Shown: positions 8,394 through 14,838 of the stretch, piece after piece
Layout of the letters: every line of letters begins with the position of its first letter
Numbering within the stretch: position 1 is the first letter of the stretch
Source: a virus
Taxonomy: Duplodnaviria > Caudoviricetes
IMG/VR virus record: IMGVR_UViG_3300032292_000307
Coordinates: 1 to 33,979 of that record
Length of the DNA stretch: 33,979 bases
Strand: one strand, 5' to 3'
Program-made: the position numbers and the translations under genes
Notes under the pieces: generated by a model
Told to the model about the DNA's origin: nothing
Seen by the model: the letters and a program-made list of their open reading frames with translations, nothing else
Databases searched by the model: none

Positions 8394-8923
8394 TAAAGCT
8401 CCTTCATTTTGGTTACGGTTTCAGTTAAAGCGAATGCCATGGGCGCACCCCTGGCGGCGATGATGCTGGCCAACTCGGTGTAGTACCAGAGAACATCTTC
8501 CTTGGGTGCCTTGAATTTTGCAAACACTGTGGGACCATCGGAGACGATCGCCCTGGCGTTGTGCAATTTGTCAGACCCGGCAATGAGAAGAACCTCGGCG
8601 CTTGACCTGGCCAAGTGGGCCAGGTACTCGATCCGTTTTTCTTTCCAAGTGCCACGTCCAAGGTGGCTGACGGCCATCACCAGGTCCGCGACATGGGTGC
8701 CGAATTCTTCCCTGATCGAGACAATGAAGCCCCGGCCACAGTCTTCGATCACGTCGTGGAGGACGGCTGCAATGGCGACATCTTCACTACCTCCGTACTC
8801 CATGGCCATGGCCGAGACAGCAAGCGGGTGCGAGATGTAGGGCACGGTCGTGCCGGTTCTGAATACGCCAGCATGAGCGGCAGTGGCCATAGCCACCGCC
8901 CTGGCATAGCGTGGTGTTGTCAT
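8393..8923 (-). CDS. Stand-alone RelA/SpoT-type HD hydrolase (small alarmone hydrolase, Mesh1-like)
   Basis: Start ATG 8923. Motifs AHAGVFR..TVPYISHP, AAVLHDVIED and DKLHNAR; no synthetase domain. Confidence 0.85.
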   Translation of the reverse strand: MTTPRYARAVAMATAAHAGVFRTGTTVPYISHPLAVSAMAMEYGGSEDVAIAAVLHDVIEDCGRGFIVSIREEFGTHVADLVMAVSHLGRGTWKEKRIEYLAHLARSSAEVLLIAGSDKLHNARAIVSDGPTVFAKFKAPKEDVLWYYTELASIIAARGAPMAFALTETVTKMKEL

Positions 8924-9009
8924 AACGGTCTCCAAAAGAAAAGGTCCATCAACAACACGGCCATGGCCGCGATGTAGATGATCGTGAGGGCAAAGGTTTC
9001 GCGGGTCAT
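8920..9009 (-). CDS. 29-aa single-TM membrane peptide
   Basis: MTRETFALTIIYIAAMAVLLMDLFFWRPL*, with ATGA overlaps at both ends that exactly fill the gap. Confidence 0.7.
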   Translation of the reverse strand: MTRETFALTIIYIAAMAVLLMDLFFWRPL

Positions 9010-9341
9010 GCGATCCCCTGTTCTTTGGCAGCAGCCAAAATGATTTCGTCCATCTTGGCTTCGATTGCATCAGCGGTTGCCTTGCTGATCATGTCGTAGC
9101 GTCCGTAGTTTTGTTTGATTTCCCTGGGCACGCCAGGGATGCGAAACACGGTGCTGAACTCGCGGGCCTTGTTGCAAAGGCCGTTGTTGTACAGGTCGTA
9201 GTAGCAGTTCGATGCCTTACGAAACTTCTCAAGATGTTTGTTGGAAGTTTTTGCGTTTGGTGCGGAGCCAAAGACTGGCACCCGCCCTCTCAACGCATCG
9301 GCCTTGGCCTGGTATCGGCCCTTGTTTTCCCAATATGTCAT
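9006..9341 (-). CDS. Hypothetical phage protein (YYDLYNNG motif)
   Basis: MTYWENKGRYQ...ASNCYYDLYNNGLCN; GGAG RBS before ATG 9341. Confidence 0.75.
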   Translation of the reverse strand: MTYWENKGRYQAKADALRGRVPVFGSAPNAKTSNKHLEKFRKASNCYYDLYNNGLCNKAREFSTVFRIPGVPREIKQNYGRYDMISKATADAIEAKMDEIILAAAKEQGIA

Positions 9342-9342
9342 G

Positions 9343-9606
9343 TCAGTCTCCAAAGAATTCAGCCAGGATGTTTCTTAGAACGTAACGGGGTTCGGTATCA
9401 GAGGCACCGAATTCCGAGTACAGGTCCAAGACTTTGCAGGCTTCAAAGTAAGCCTTGTCTTTGTTTGGCGCGGCGTTGATGATGGCCGCGACCTCGATGT
9501 TGATGGCCCTTGCAGCTGGTTCGCAGTCCCGGTTGCCTGTGTACAGGTCCCAGTCGTCGCCGGTCAGTTCAAGCGTCATGGCTTTTTTGATGATTACGTT
9601 TCTCAT
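9343..9606 (-). CDS. Hypothetical protein
   Basis: Start ATG 9606 with AGGAGG RBS; contains GASDTEPR. Confidence 0.7.
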   Translation of the reverse strand: MRNVIIKKAMTLELTGDDWDLYTGNRDCEPAARAINIEVAAIINAAPNKDKAYFEACKVLDLYSEFGASDTEPRYVLRNILAEFFGD

Positions 9607-9620
9607 GTGTCCTCCTGAGT

Positions 9621-9693
9621 CCTGGCAACCGGCCAGATCGGAGTGCAAGCGCACTGGTCAGGGCACCCAAGTGGATGCCCTGCACCGCTGTGC
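9621..9693 (-). ncRNA. Structured intergenic element, family B copy 1 (two hairpins + mini-pseudoknot before the RBS)
   Basis: RNA: CAGGGCAUCC-ACUU-GGGUGCCCUG hairpin, AGUGC-GCUU-GCACU hairpin, then CCG AU CUGGC CGG UU GCCAG. Covaries with the copy at 11562. Confidence 0.6.
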
Positions 9694-10650
9694 TTACGCG
9701 GTTAACAAGTCCAAGGCGCGGGACTTGAGGTCAGCGCCTGCACCCCACTGGGATGCAACGAAGCGGTTCTCATCGCTACGAGCGCGGACGTGGTGGTCAG
9801 CGTATTCGGTGACCGCGTTGAGGAAACCCCAGCGTGTACCGAAGACACCGTCCATGGTGGAGCCCATGCCGCCGCCGTTGAAGAGGTCCAGGACCTTCTT
9901 GAAACCGGCAGTCTCACGGGCTTTGTCACCGCCACCGAAGAGCGTGACGGCCATGTCGCCAGCCTGCTCTTCGTGCATGTCGACGTTGGCCAGGCTTGTC
10001 ACTGTGTGACGGAAGGCATCCCAGGCAGCGGTGTTCAAGCCCATGAATTCTTTGATTGATTCAGGGTTGAACACAGAGCGGTGAGTCACCTTGAATGACG
10101 CGGGAGCGTCAGCCATGGCCATCTGCAAAGTGTTCTTGCAGACGGTGCGAACAGTGGTACGACGTACCTCAGTGGACAGCGATCCGTCAGCCGAGGTGCT
10201 GATCAGGATGTAGCCACCGATCTTGTCGGCCAGTGAAGCGGGAGAGGCTTCGCCAATCTTGGCCGTAGCCCAGAAACGCTTGCCACCGTAGATCGTGCCA
10301 GCTGCTGACAACTCCAGGCCACCGGCCTTGGCGATGTCGCGGAAGAACTCGATCACTTCACCAGGCTGCACGACCTGGTACTTGCGGGACACGACACCCA
10401 AGGGTGCTTTTGTGTCGGAGCGGAACAGAACGTGCTGGTCCGGCAACTCGACCTGGCCACCGTTGTATTCGGTGTTGAAGCGGACGATGCCGCGCTTGAT
10501 CCTCCAGTCCATGCCAGCAGCCTCGCGCCAAGCATCGAGGCTGGTGCCGTCGGCGAGTGCTTGGCCAAGGCCGTGCCAGGGTGTTCCGTCCGAGGCCAAG
10601 TAGGCAAATTCGACACGGCCATCAGCGCGGGTTGTGAGTTCGTGAGACAT
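9694..10650 (-). CDS. DUF932 family protein (phage/plasmid-like protein TIGR03299)
   Basis: TPWHGLG, LGVVSRKYQVVQP, TSADGS, VRTVCKNTL and GTRWGFLNAVTEYADH are characteristic DUF932 motifs. Confidence 0.9.
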   Translation of the reverse strand: MSHELTTRADGRVEFAYLASDGTPWHGLGQALADGTSLDAWREAAGMDWRIKRGIVRFNTEYNGGQVELPDQHVLFRSDTKAPLGVVSRKYQVVQPGEVIEFFRDIAKAGGLELSAAGTIYGGKRFWATAKIGEASPASLADKIGGYILISTSADGSLSTEVRRTTVRTVCKNTLQMAMADAPASFKVTHRSVFNPESIKEFMGLNTAAWDAFRHTVTSLANVDMHEEQAGDMAVTLFGGGDKARETAGFKKVLDLFNGGGMGSTMDGVFGTRWGFLNAVTEYADHHVRARSDENRFVASQWGAGADLKSRALDLLTA

Positions 10651-10671
10651 GATTCATTTCCTTTATAAAAA

Positions 10672-10733
10672 ACCAAGCAGTTACGGTCGCCTGGATACAC
10701 CGCCAATACCCGGCACGCCGGGCATTGCAAGGG
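10672..10733 (-). ncRNA. Structured intergenic element, family A copy (CGUG hairpin + H-type pseudoknot)
   Basis: RNA CAAUGCCCGG-CGUG-CCGGGUAUUG, then GCGGU GUAU CCAGGC G ACCGU AACU GCUUGG U, upstream of the DUF932 RBS. Confidence 0.75.
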
Positions 10734-11030
10734 CTATGCGCCCTCCATTTCAAACAACCAGTCACCACCCATGGCAGCTTCGACGAAGCTGATGCTGCCC
10801 TTGGTGCCTTCTTTCACGTCATCCCGCGAGGGGATCGCGTTGCCCCAGTAGTCGCGGGCAGCGTTGGGGCCAAGCAGGCAGTGGCCAGAGTTGATGGCAG
10901 CCATCATGGCCCGGCCATAGCTGCCCTCCATCGACCAGTGACCGGCGTTGATGGCGCGCTGCACGCTGAGGTAGTAGTCGAGTTCATCGAGAGACAACCC
11001 AGCGTCGAGCATCAGTTCTTCGATAGCCAT
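10734..11030 (-). CDS. Hypothetical phage protein
   Basis: 98 aa; WSMEGSYGRAMM...DYWGNAIPSR; AAGGA RBS. Confidence 0.75.
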   Translation of the reverse strand: MAIEELMLDAGLSLDELDYYLSVQRAINAGHWSMEGSYGRAMMAAINSGHCLLGPNAARDYWGNAIPSRDDVKEGTKGSISFVEAAMGGDWLFEMEGA

Positions 11031-11042
11031 ATCAGTTTTCCT

Positions 11043-11255
11043 TTAAAGTTTAGATTCCATGGCCCTAAACAGCAGGGCCTTGGCGCGGTTAAGAGATTGC
11101 CGAGCGCCTTCAACATCGCCGAAGGCCATTTGTTCCTGGGCATCCGACATCAGTCCAGCGACGACCATGTTGACGCCGCTGACCTGGTAGGTAAACGACT
11201 CAACCACGCTGGCGACAAACTCATCGATGTCGCAGCCGTACATCTGGTCGACCAT
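11043..11255 (-). CDS. Hypothetical protein
   Basis: Start ATG 11255 (MVDQMYGCDIDEF...LMSDAQEQM...ARQSLNRAK) with GGAG RBS. Confidence 0.7.
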   Translation of the reverse strand: MVDQMYGCDIDEFVASVVESFTYQVSGVNMVVAGLMSDAQEQMAFGDVEGARQSLNRAKALLFRAMESKL

Positions 11256-11256
11256 G

Positions 11257-11544
11257 TCAGTTCTCCAGAGGTTCGGTTTGAGCGGCCAGCAAGTTGTAGC
11301 TGGTGGTTGTGTACTTGGTGACCAGGTCGGCGGGAGCTTTGAGCTCCTGGGCAACCTTGGACCAGGCAGTGGTCTTTTTCTCGGGGGTCAACTTGACCGT
11401 GGTGACGTACATGCTGCCTCTGTAAGTGCCAGCACCCAACAACTTGATTTTGCTTTTCAAGTCTTCGGCCTGTTCTTGCAGGGCGTCGATCTGGTCTTCC
11501 AACAGGCCGAGCTGGTCGACCATCTTCAAAGCGGTGGTATCCAT
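11257..11544 (-). CDS. Hypothetical protein with N-terminal coiled coil
   Basis: Start ATG 11544 (MDTTALKMVDQLGLLEDQIDALQEQAEDLK) with GGAG RBS. Confidence 0.7.
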   Translation of the reverse strand: MDTTALKMVDQLGLLEDQIDALQEQAEDLKSKIKLLGAGTYRGSMYVTTVKLTPEKKTTAWSKVAQELKAPADLVTKYTTTSYNLLAAQTEPLEN

Positions 11545-11561
11545 AAAATCTCCAAACAAAC

Positions 11562-11631
11562 ACCAGCAACCGGCTGGCACGGAGTGTTGATCACACTGCA
11601 CTACACCCTGTCACGGTGTAGCACGCTGGGA
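11562..11631 (-). ncRNA. Structured intergenic element, family B copy 2
   Basis: RNA: CUACACC-7nt-GGUGUAG, AGUGU-GAUCA-ACACU, then CCG UG CCAGC CGG UU GCUGG. Confidence 0.6.
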
Positions 11632-11811
11632 TCAAGCAGGGGCAAACAGCTTGCGACCTTCACGCATGAACACGCGGAAGGCAGCAGCTTCGCGGTTGTC
11701 GAGTTCGTCGTTGGCGAGCATCTCTTCCATAACGAGCAGCATGTCCAAGAAGGTCATGCCGTAAATCTCGCGCTTGTCGTCGATAATGTTGATTGCGGTT
11801 GTGATGTCCAT
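11632..11811 (-). CDS. Hypothetical protein
   Basis: 59 aa from ATG 11811, GGAG RBS. Confidence 0.65.
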   Translation of the reverse strand: MDITTAINIIDDKREIYGMTFLDMLLVMEEMLANDELDNREAAAFRVFMREGRKLFAPA

Positions 11812-11813
11812 GT

Positions 11814-12023
11814 TTATCTCCAAACTGAGTAAGGTTCGCCACCGCTGAGCGCGATGTCGTAGGGTGAAAAGATCGGTGTGAATTTGCGGGCGCTGTTCAT
11901 AATGTTGACAGCGTTGTCGTAGAAGTCTTCGCGCAAGGTGTCAAAACGCTTGCCCCCTACTTCTACCAGCGGCATTTCCAGATCGATCAGTTGTACGCTG
12001 ATCGGTATTTCGCGGTACTTCAT
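11814..12023 (-). CDS. Hypothetical protein
   Basis: 69 aa, GGAGG RBS, ATGA overlap. Confidence 0.65.
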   Translation of the reverse strand: MKYREIPISVQLIDLEMPLVEVGGKRFDTLREDFYDNAVNIMNSARKFTPIFSPYDIALSGGEPYSVWR

Positions 12024-12214
12024 ACGACCTCCGGTGTGTAGGCGTTGACGTACTCGATTTCATAACCGAGGGCCTTGATCGCGACCAGGTCGCTGGTGCT
12101 GAAGGTCTTTGTGCCGACCAGGGCAGCAAGCAACTCAGCAGTGCGGTTGCCTGGTGCTGGGTAAACCTTGGGAAGGCCGTACACCGATTTGATTGTCAAA
12201 ACGACAGTTGGCAT
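12020..12214 (-). CDS. Hypothetical phage protein
   Basis: IKSVYG...YP...LAALVGTKTF...IKALGYEI; AGGAG RBS. Confidence 0.75.
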   Translation of the reverse strand: MPTVVLTIKSVYGLPKVYPAPGNRTAELLAALVGTKTFSTSDLVAIKALGYEIEYVNAYTPEVV

Positions 12215-12231
12215 GTCTATCTCCTGAAAGT

Positions 12232-12263
12232 ACCGGGCTGTTATGGCCGCCCGGATACGCCAT
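12232..12263 (-). ncRNA. Family A pseudoknot, diverged copy without the upstream hairpin
   Basis: RNA AUGGC GUAU CCGGGC G GCCAU AACA GCCCGG U; both stems differ in sequence from the other copies but keep their pairing. Confidence 0.7.
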
Positions 12264-12268
12264 GCCGT

Positions 12269-12535
12269 TTACGCGGCCTCGAACGTCACTTCAGCAACGT
12301 CCATGATTCCGGCCAAACGACCGTTTGCATTGATCGAGTATTCGATCTGTTCGACAGTCGGTTTGAAACAACCGCTGTAGTCAGCTTGTTGGCCGCACTT
12401 GCGTGAGCCTTCAAACCACACCAGTGAAATGATGTTGCCAACTGGCGCACCCTTCACTGTGTAAACCTGGGCGTCGGCGTGTTGACCACGCACAATCAAT
12501 AACCCAGGACGCATGTCTTGCTTTTTGTAACGCAT
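12269..12535 (-). CDS. Hypothetical protein
   Basis: MRYKKQDMRPG...; AAAGGA RBS (alternative start 12541). Confidence 0.65.
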   Translation of the reverse strand: MRYKKQDMRPGLLIVRGQHADAQVYTVKGAPVGNIISLVWFEGSRKCGQQADYSGCFKPTVEQIEYSINANGRLAGIMDVAEVTFEAA

Positions 12536-12552
12536 GACCATCCTTTCAAAAT

Positions 12553-12624
12553 ACCAAGCAGTTGCGGTCGCCTGGATACACCGCCAATGCCAAGCACGCT
12601 GGGCATTGGAAGGGCCGAAGCCCT
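12553..12624 (-). ncRNA. Family A copy (cUUCGg hairpin + CGUG hairpin + pseudoknot)
   Basis: AGGGC-UUCG-GCCCU, CCAAUGCCCAG-CGUG-CUUGGCAUUGG, then GCGGU GUAU CCAGGC G ACCGC AACU GCUUGG U. Confidence 0.75.
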
Positions 12625-12629
12625 GGGGG

Positions 12630-12725
12630 TTAGGAGTTCAACCACTCCTCAAAGGTTTTGATTGGCAAGCCGAGAGACTCGGCACATGCCACATAGATGG
12701 CGTAACGCGATTGCAAAGTTTCCAT
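12630..12725 (-). CDS. 31-aa phage peptide
   Basis: METLQSRYAIYVACAESLGLPIKTFEEWLNS*, AAGGAG RBS; below the ORF-track cutoff. Confidence 0.7.
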   Translation of the reverse strand: METLQSRYAIYVACAESLGLPIKTFEEWLNS

Positions 12726-12740
12726 ATTTACTCCTTGAAG

Positions 12741-12953
12741 TTAAGTTCCGTAAGTAGCCCAGTCGGGCATTTCCCACAGCCATTCGCGAGCTGTGTAAGG
12801 TAATGATTCCCGTGTCCGTTCGTTGTTGGCGTATGCAACCAGCGCAGCGCGATCCGACCGAAGCCGTTCAAGCGTGGCAGTTACATGCGCATCGGGCCGG
12901 TACGACTCAAACATCTTGATGTTGAAGTCGATCTTGGCAAGTGCTTTTTCCAT
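12741..12953 (-). CDS. Hypothetical protein, first gene of the early leftward operon
   Basis: MEKALAKIDFNIK... from ATG 12953 with GGAG RBS. Confidence 0.65.
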   Translation of the reverse strand: MEKALAKIDFNIKMFESYRPDAHVTATLERLRSDRAALVAYANNERTRESLPYTAREWLWEMPDWATYGT

Positions 12954-12968
12954 GCTGATCTCCAAAGT

Positions 12969-13025
12969 ACCAAGCAGTCACGGTCGCCTGGATACACCGC
13001 CGGAAGGCAGCACGCTGACTTCTGG
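12969..13025 (-). ncRNA. Family A copy within the operon leader
   Basis: CCAGAAGUCAG-CGUG-CUGCCUUCCGG, then GCGGU GUAU CCAGGC G ACCGU GACU GCUUGG U. Confidence 0.75.
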
Positions 13026-13169
13026 ACCATCCTTCGCACTCGTCAGTCTGGGGGACTGGTTCTTAGCGGTCTGGCCTTTGGGTTCCCTGGTCGGTACTTC
13101 GTAATCAGCTGGTTCCCTTTTTGTATCCCCCTGGTCCTTCGGGGCTGGGTCGTTACCGACCACGAATTA

Positions 13170-13197
13170 AATGTACCACACTGACAGGCACTGTCCA
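13170..13197 (-). promoter_or_regulatory. Putative sigma70 promoter for the leftward early operon
   Basis: TGGACA-16 nt-TACATT with extended -10 TG, and an AT-rich region upstream. Confidence 0.55.
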
Positions 13198-13294
13198 GTA
13201 ATATTTAAGTTTAGGCACAAATACAACAAAAATAGTTTTGCAAGCGTTGTTTTTGCGCAACAAATATTTTGTGTTTTTGCAGGATTTCAGGCAC

Positions 13295-13383
13295 TTGACC
13301 CGGTTTGCACGCTGGACTACACTCTTCGCGGGACCGTGCGTCTCAAAAAACTGTTAACAAAGCCGCCAATCAGGCGGCTTTTT
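13295..13383 (+). promoter_or_regulatory. Late promoter-attenuator unit 1
   Basis: TTGACC-17-TACACT, GGGACCgtgCGTC at 13330, terminator aaagccgcc-aatca-ggcggcttttt at 13359-13383. Confidence 0.75.
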
Positions 13384-13396
13384 CATTGGGAAAATC

Positions 13397-13636
13397 ATGC
13401 AACAAATCACAATTTCCGTCGGCGACGACGGCAACATCACTGTCGAAACAAGCGAAGGTGGCGAGCCGTACCAATGTCAAAGCACCGATGAGTGCTTGCA
13501 GTACGTCGGCATGATCCTCAAGGAAGAATCGGGCGAAGGCCCACAAGAGCAATCCACTGAAGGGCCAGAGAACTATGGCCAGATGTGGGAGCAAGAGGCG
13601 GCCAGCCGCAAACCCCAACCGGGCCTGATGGCCTAA
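13397..13636 (+). CDS. Acidic hypothetical late protein
   Basis: 79 aa, first ORF after the late promoter. Confidence 0.65.
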   Translation: MQQITISVGDDGNITVETSEGGEPYQCQSTDECLQYVGMILKEESGEGPQEQSTEGPENYGQMWEQEAASRKPQPGLMA

Positions 13637-13651
13637 CTCAAGGAGCTAAAC

Positions 13652-13891
13652 ATGCAGAGCTATTCCAACCCAGCATCACGTAACACCATGCGCGCCGCAG
13701 GCGATCCGATGAAAACCGGTGCAGCTATGGGCGGCGGCGGCAATCAGACACAAGGCCAGGGCATGCTGCCCAACAAAGTGTCCGTGCCCATGCCTGGCAC
13801 AAATACAACCCAGACGCCATACAAGGGCAGCGGCGGCGTATACAAAGCGCCTATGGGCTTTAACAACGGCCTGATTAACGGCAAAATCTAA
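13652..13891 (+). CDS. Small Gly/Met-rich late protein
   Basis: AAGGAG RBS; low-complexity and basic. Confidence 0.7.
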   Translation: MQSYSNPASRNTMRAAGDPMKTGAAMGGGGNQTQGQGMLPNKVSVPMPGTNTTQTPYKGSGGVYKAPMGFNNGLINGKI

Positions 13892-14067
13892 TGGCGACGA
13901 AACCCGGTTTGTACGCCAACATCCAGGCAAAACGTGCCAGGATCGCAGCGGGCTCGAACGAGCGCATGCGCGCGCCGGGTGACAAGGGTGCGCCAAGCAA
14001 AGCCGACTTCGTGGAGTCAGCCAAGACTGCCAAGACCGGCATCATCAGCAAGGCGATGAAGCAATGA
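13891..14067 (+). CDS. Conserved small basic phage protein (GLYANI.AKR family), 58 aa
   Basis: MATKPGLYANIQAKRARIAAGSNERMRAPGDKGAPSKADFVESAKTAKTGIISKAMKQ*; coupled at both ends and missing from the ORF track. Confidence 0.75.
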   Translation: MATKPGLYANIQAKRARIAAGSNERMRAPGDKGAPSKADFVESAKTAKTGIISKAMKQ

Positions 14068-14375
14068 AGAGCCCAGCCTGGCAACGATCCGAAGGAAAGA
14101 ACCCCGAAGGGGGTCTCAATGCAAAGGGTCGTGCCAGTGCCAAGGCTGAGGGCATGAACCTCAAAGCTCCGGTGAAGTCCGGCGACAACCCACGTCGCGC
14201 GAGCTTCCTGGCCAGGATGGGCAACATGCCCGGTCCTGAGCGCAAGGACGGCGAGCCTACCCGGCTGCTGTTGAGTTTGCAGGCTTGGGGTGCTTCATCC
14301 AAGGCAGACGCCAAGGCCAAGGCCAAAGGGATCAGCGCACGCAACGGCATTATTCGCAAAGCGATGAAGGATTAA
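14064..14375 (+). CDS. Basic phage protein, DUF6321-like
   Basis: KSPAWQRSEGKNPEGGLNAKGRAS...RRASFLARM...PTRLLLSLQAW. Confidence 0.7.
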   Translation: MKSPAWQRSEGKNPEGGLNAKGRASAKAEGMNLKAPVKSGDNPRRASFLARMGNMPGPERKDGEPTRLLLSLQAWGASSKADAKAKAKGISARNGIIRKAMKD

Positions 14376-14376
14376 C

Positions 14377-14838
14377 ATGGGACGTAAAACCGGAGCAACT
14401 CGATTGGCTGAGCTGGCAGGCGCACCGCCCAGGCTCGCCTCTGTCGAGGACCTCGAGGCTGCTGGCCCCACGCCTTCTCACAGACACGCCAAGCAAATCT
14501 CAAGCAAGAAGCCCATGGGCATCAACCTCAAGGCGGTGGCCGAGGCTTTGCGCGAGGCTGGCATGGACCCGGCAGTCGAGATGATCAACATCTTAAAGCG
14601 CCAGGTCTTAGTGCGTGATGTCAACGGCAAGCCACGTATTGATCCTGAAACCAAACAGCCAATCATGGTCGATGCTGTCGACGCAGACACCAAGCTGCGC
14701 ATGCTCAACGAGATGCTGCAATACACGCAACCCAAGCTCAAGTCTGTCGAGATGAAAGTCTCCGGCAACCTGGAGCTCACGTCTGAGCAACTCGATGATC
14801 GATTGGCCATGTACTTATCCAGGGCTGCAAGCAAATGA
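14377..14838 (+). CDS. Probable terminase small subunit
   Basis: Directly upstream of and coupled to TerL; YTQPKLKSVE...ELTSEQLDDRL C-terminus. Confidence 0.6.
   Translation: MGRKTGATRLAELAGAPPRLASVEDLEAAGPTPSHRHAKQISSKKPMGINLKAVAEALREAGMDPAVEMINILKRQVLVRDVNGKPRIDPETKQPIMVDAVDADTKLRMLNEMLQYTQPKLKSVEMKVSGNLELTSEQLDDRLAMYLSRAASK

Noticed and set aside
10672-13000. Dispersed 32-bp repeats as a CRISPR array, given the Cas4-like gene in the window
   Set aside because: The repeats are separated by 0.3-1.5 kb of intact genes, not 30-40 nt spacers. DUF2800 is an ordinary phage replication-module nuclease and there are no other cas genes.
9621-13025. Intergenic repeats as integron attC sites
   Set aside because: No RYYYAAC...GTTRRRY ends and no integron integrase in the window. 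The G-U pattern favours a coding-strand RNA structure.
13030-13050. Hammerhead-like CUGACGAG...CGAA in the leader
   Set aside because: No stem II between the two parts, GAAG instead of GAAA, and no convincing stems I/III.
12978-13163. 61-aa minus-strand ORF in the early leader
   Set aside because: It starts at the predicted TSS with GTG and no RBS, has low-complexity composition and overlaps a structured repeat. It is treated as non-coding, though leaderless translation is not excluded.
13198-13290. AT-rich stretch with a weak inverted repeat as a pac/cos site or genome end
   Set aside because: The symmetry is poor and UP elements of the two divergent promoters explain the composition; it cannot be supported without read-end data.
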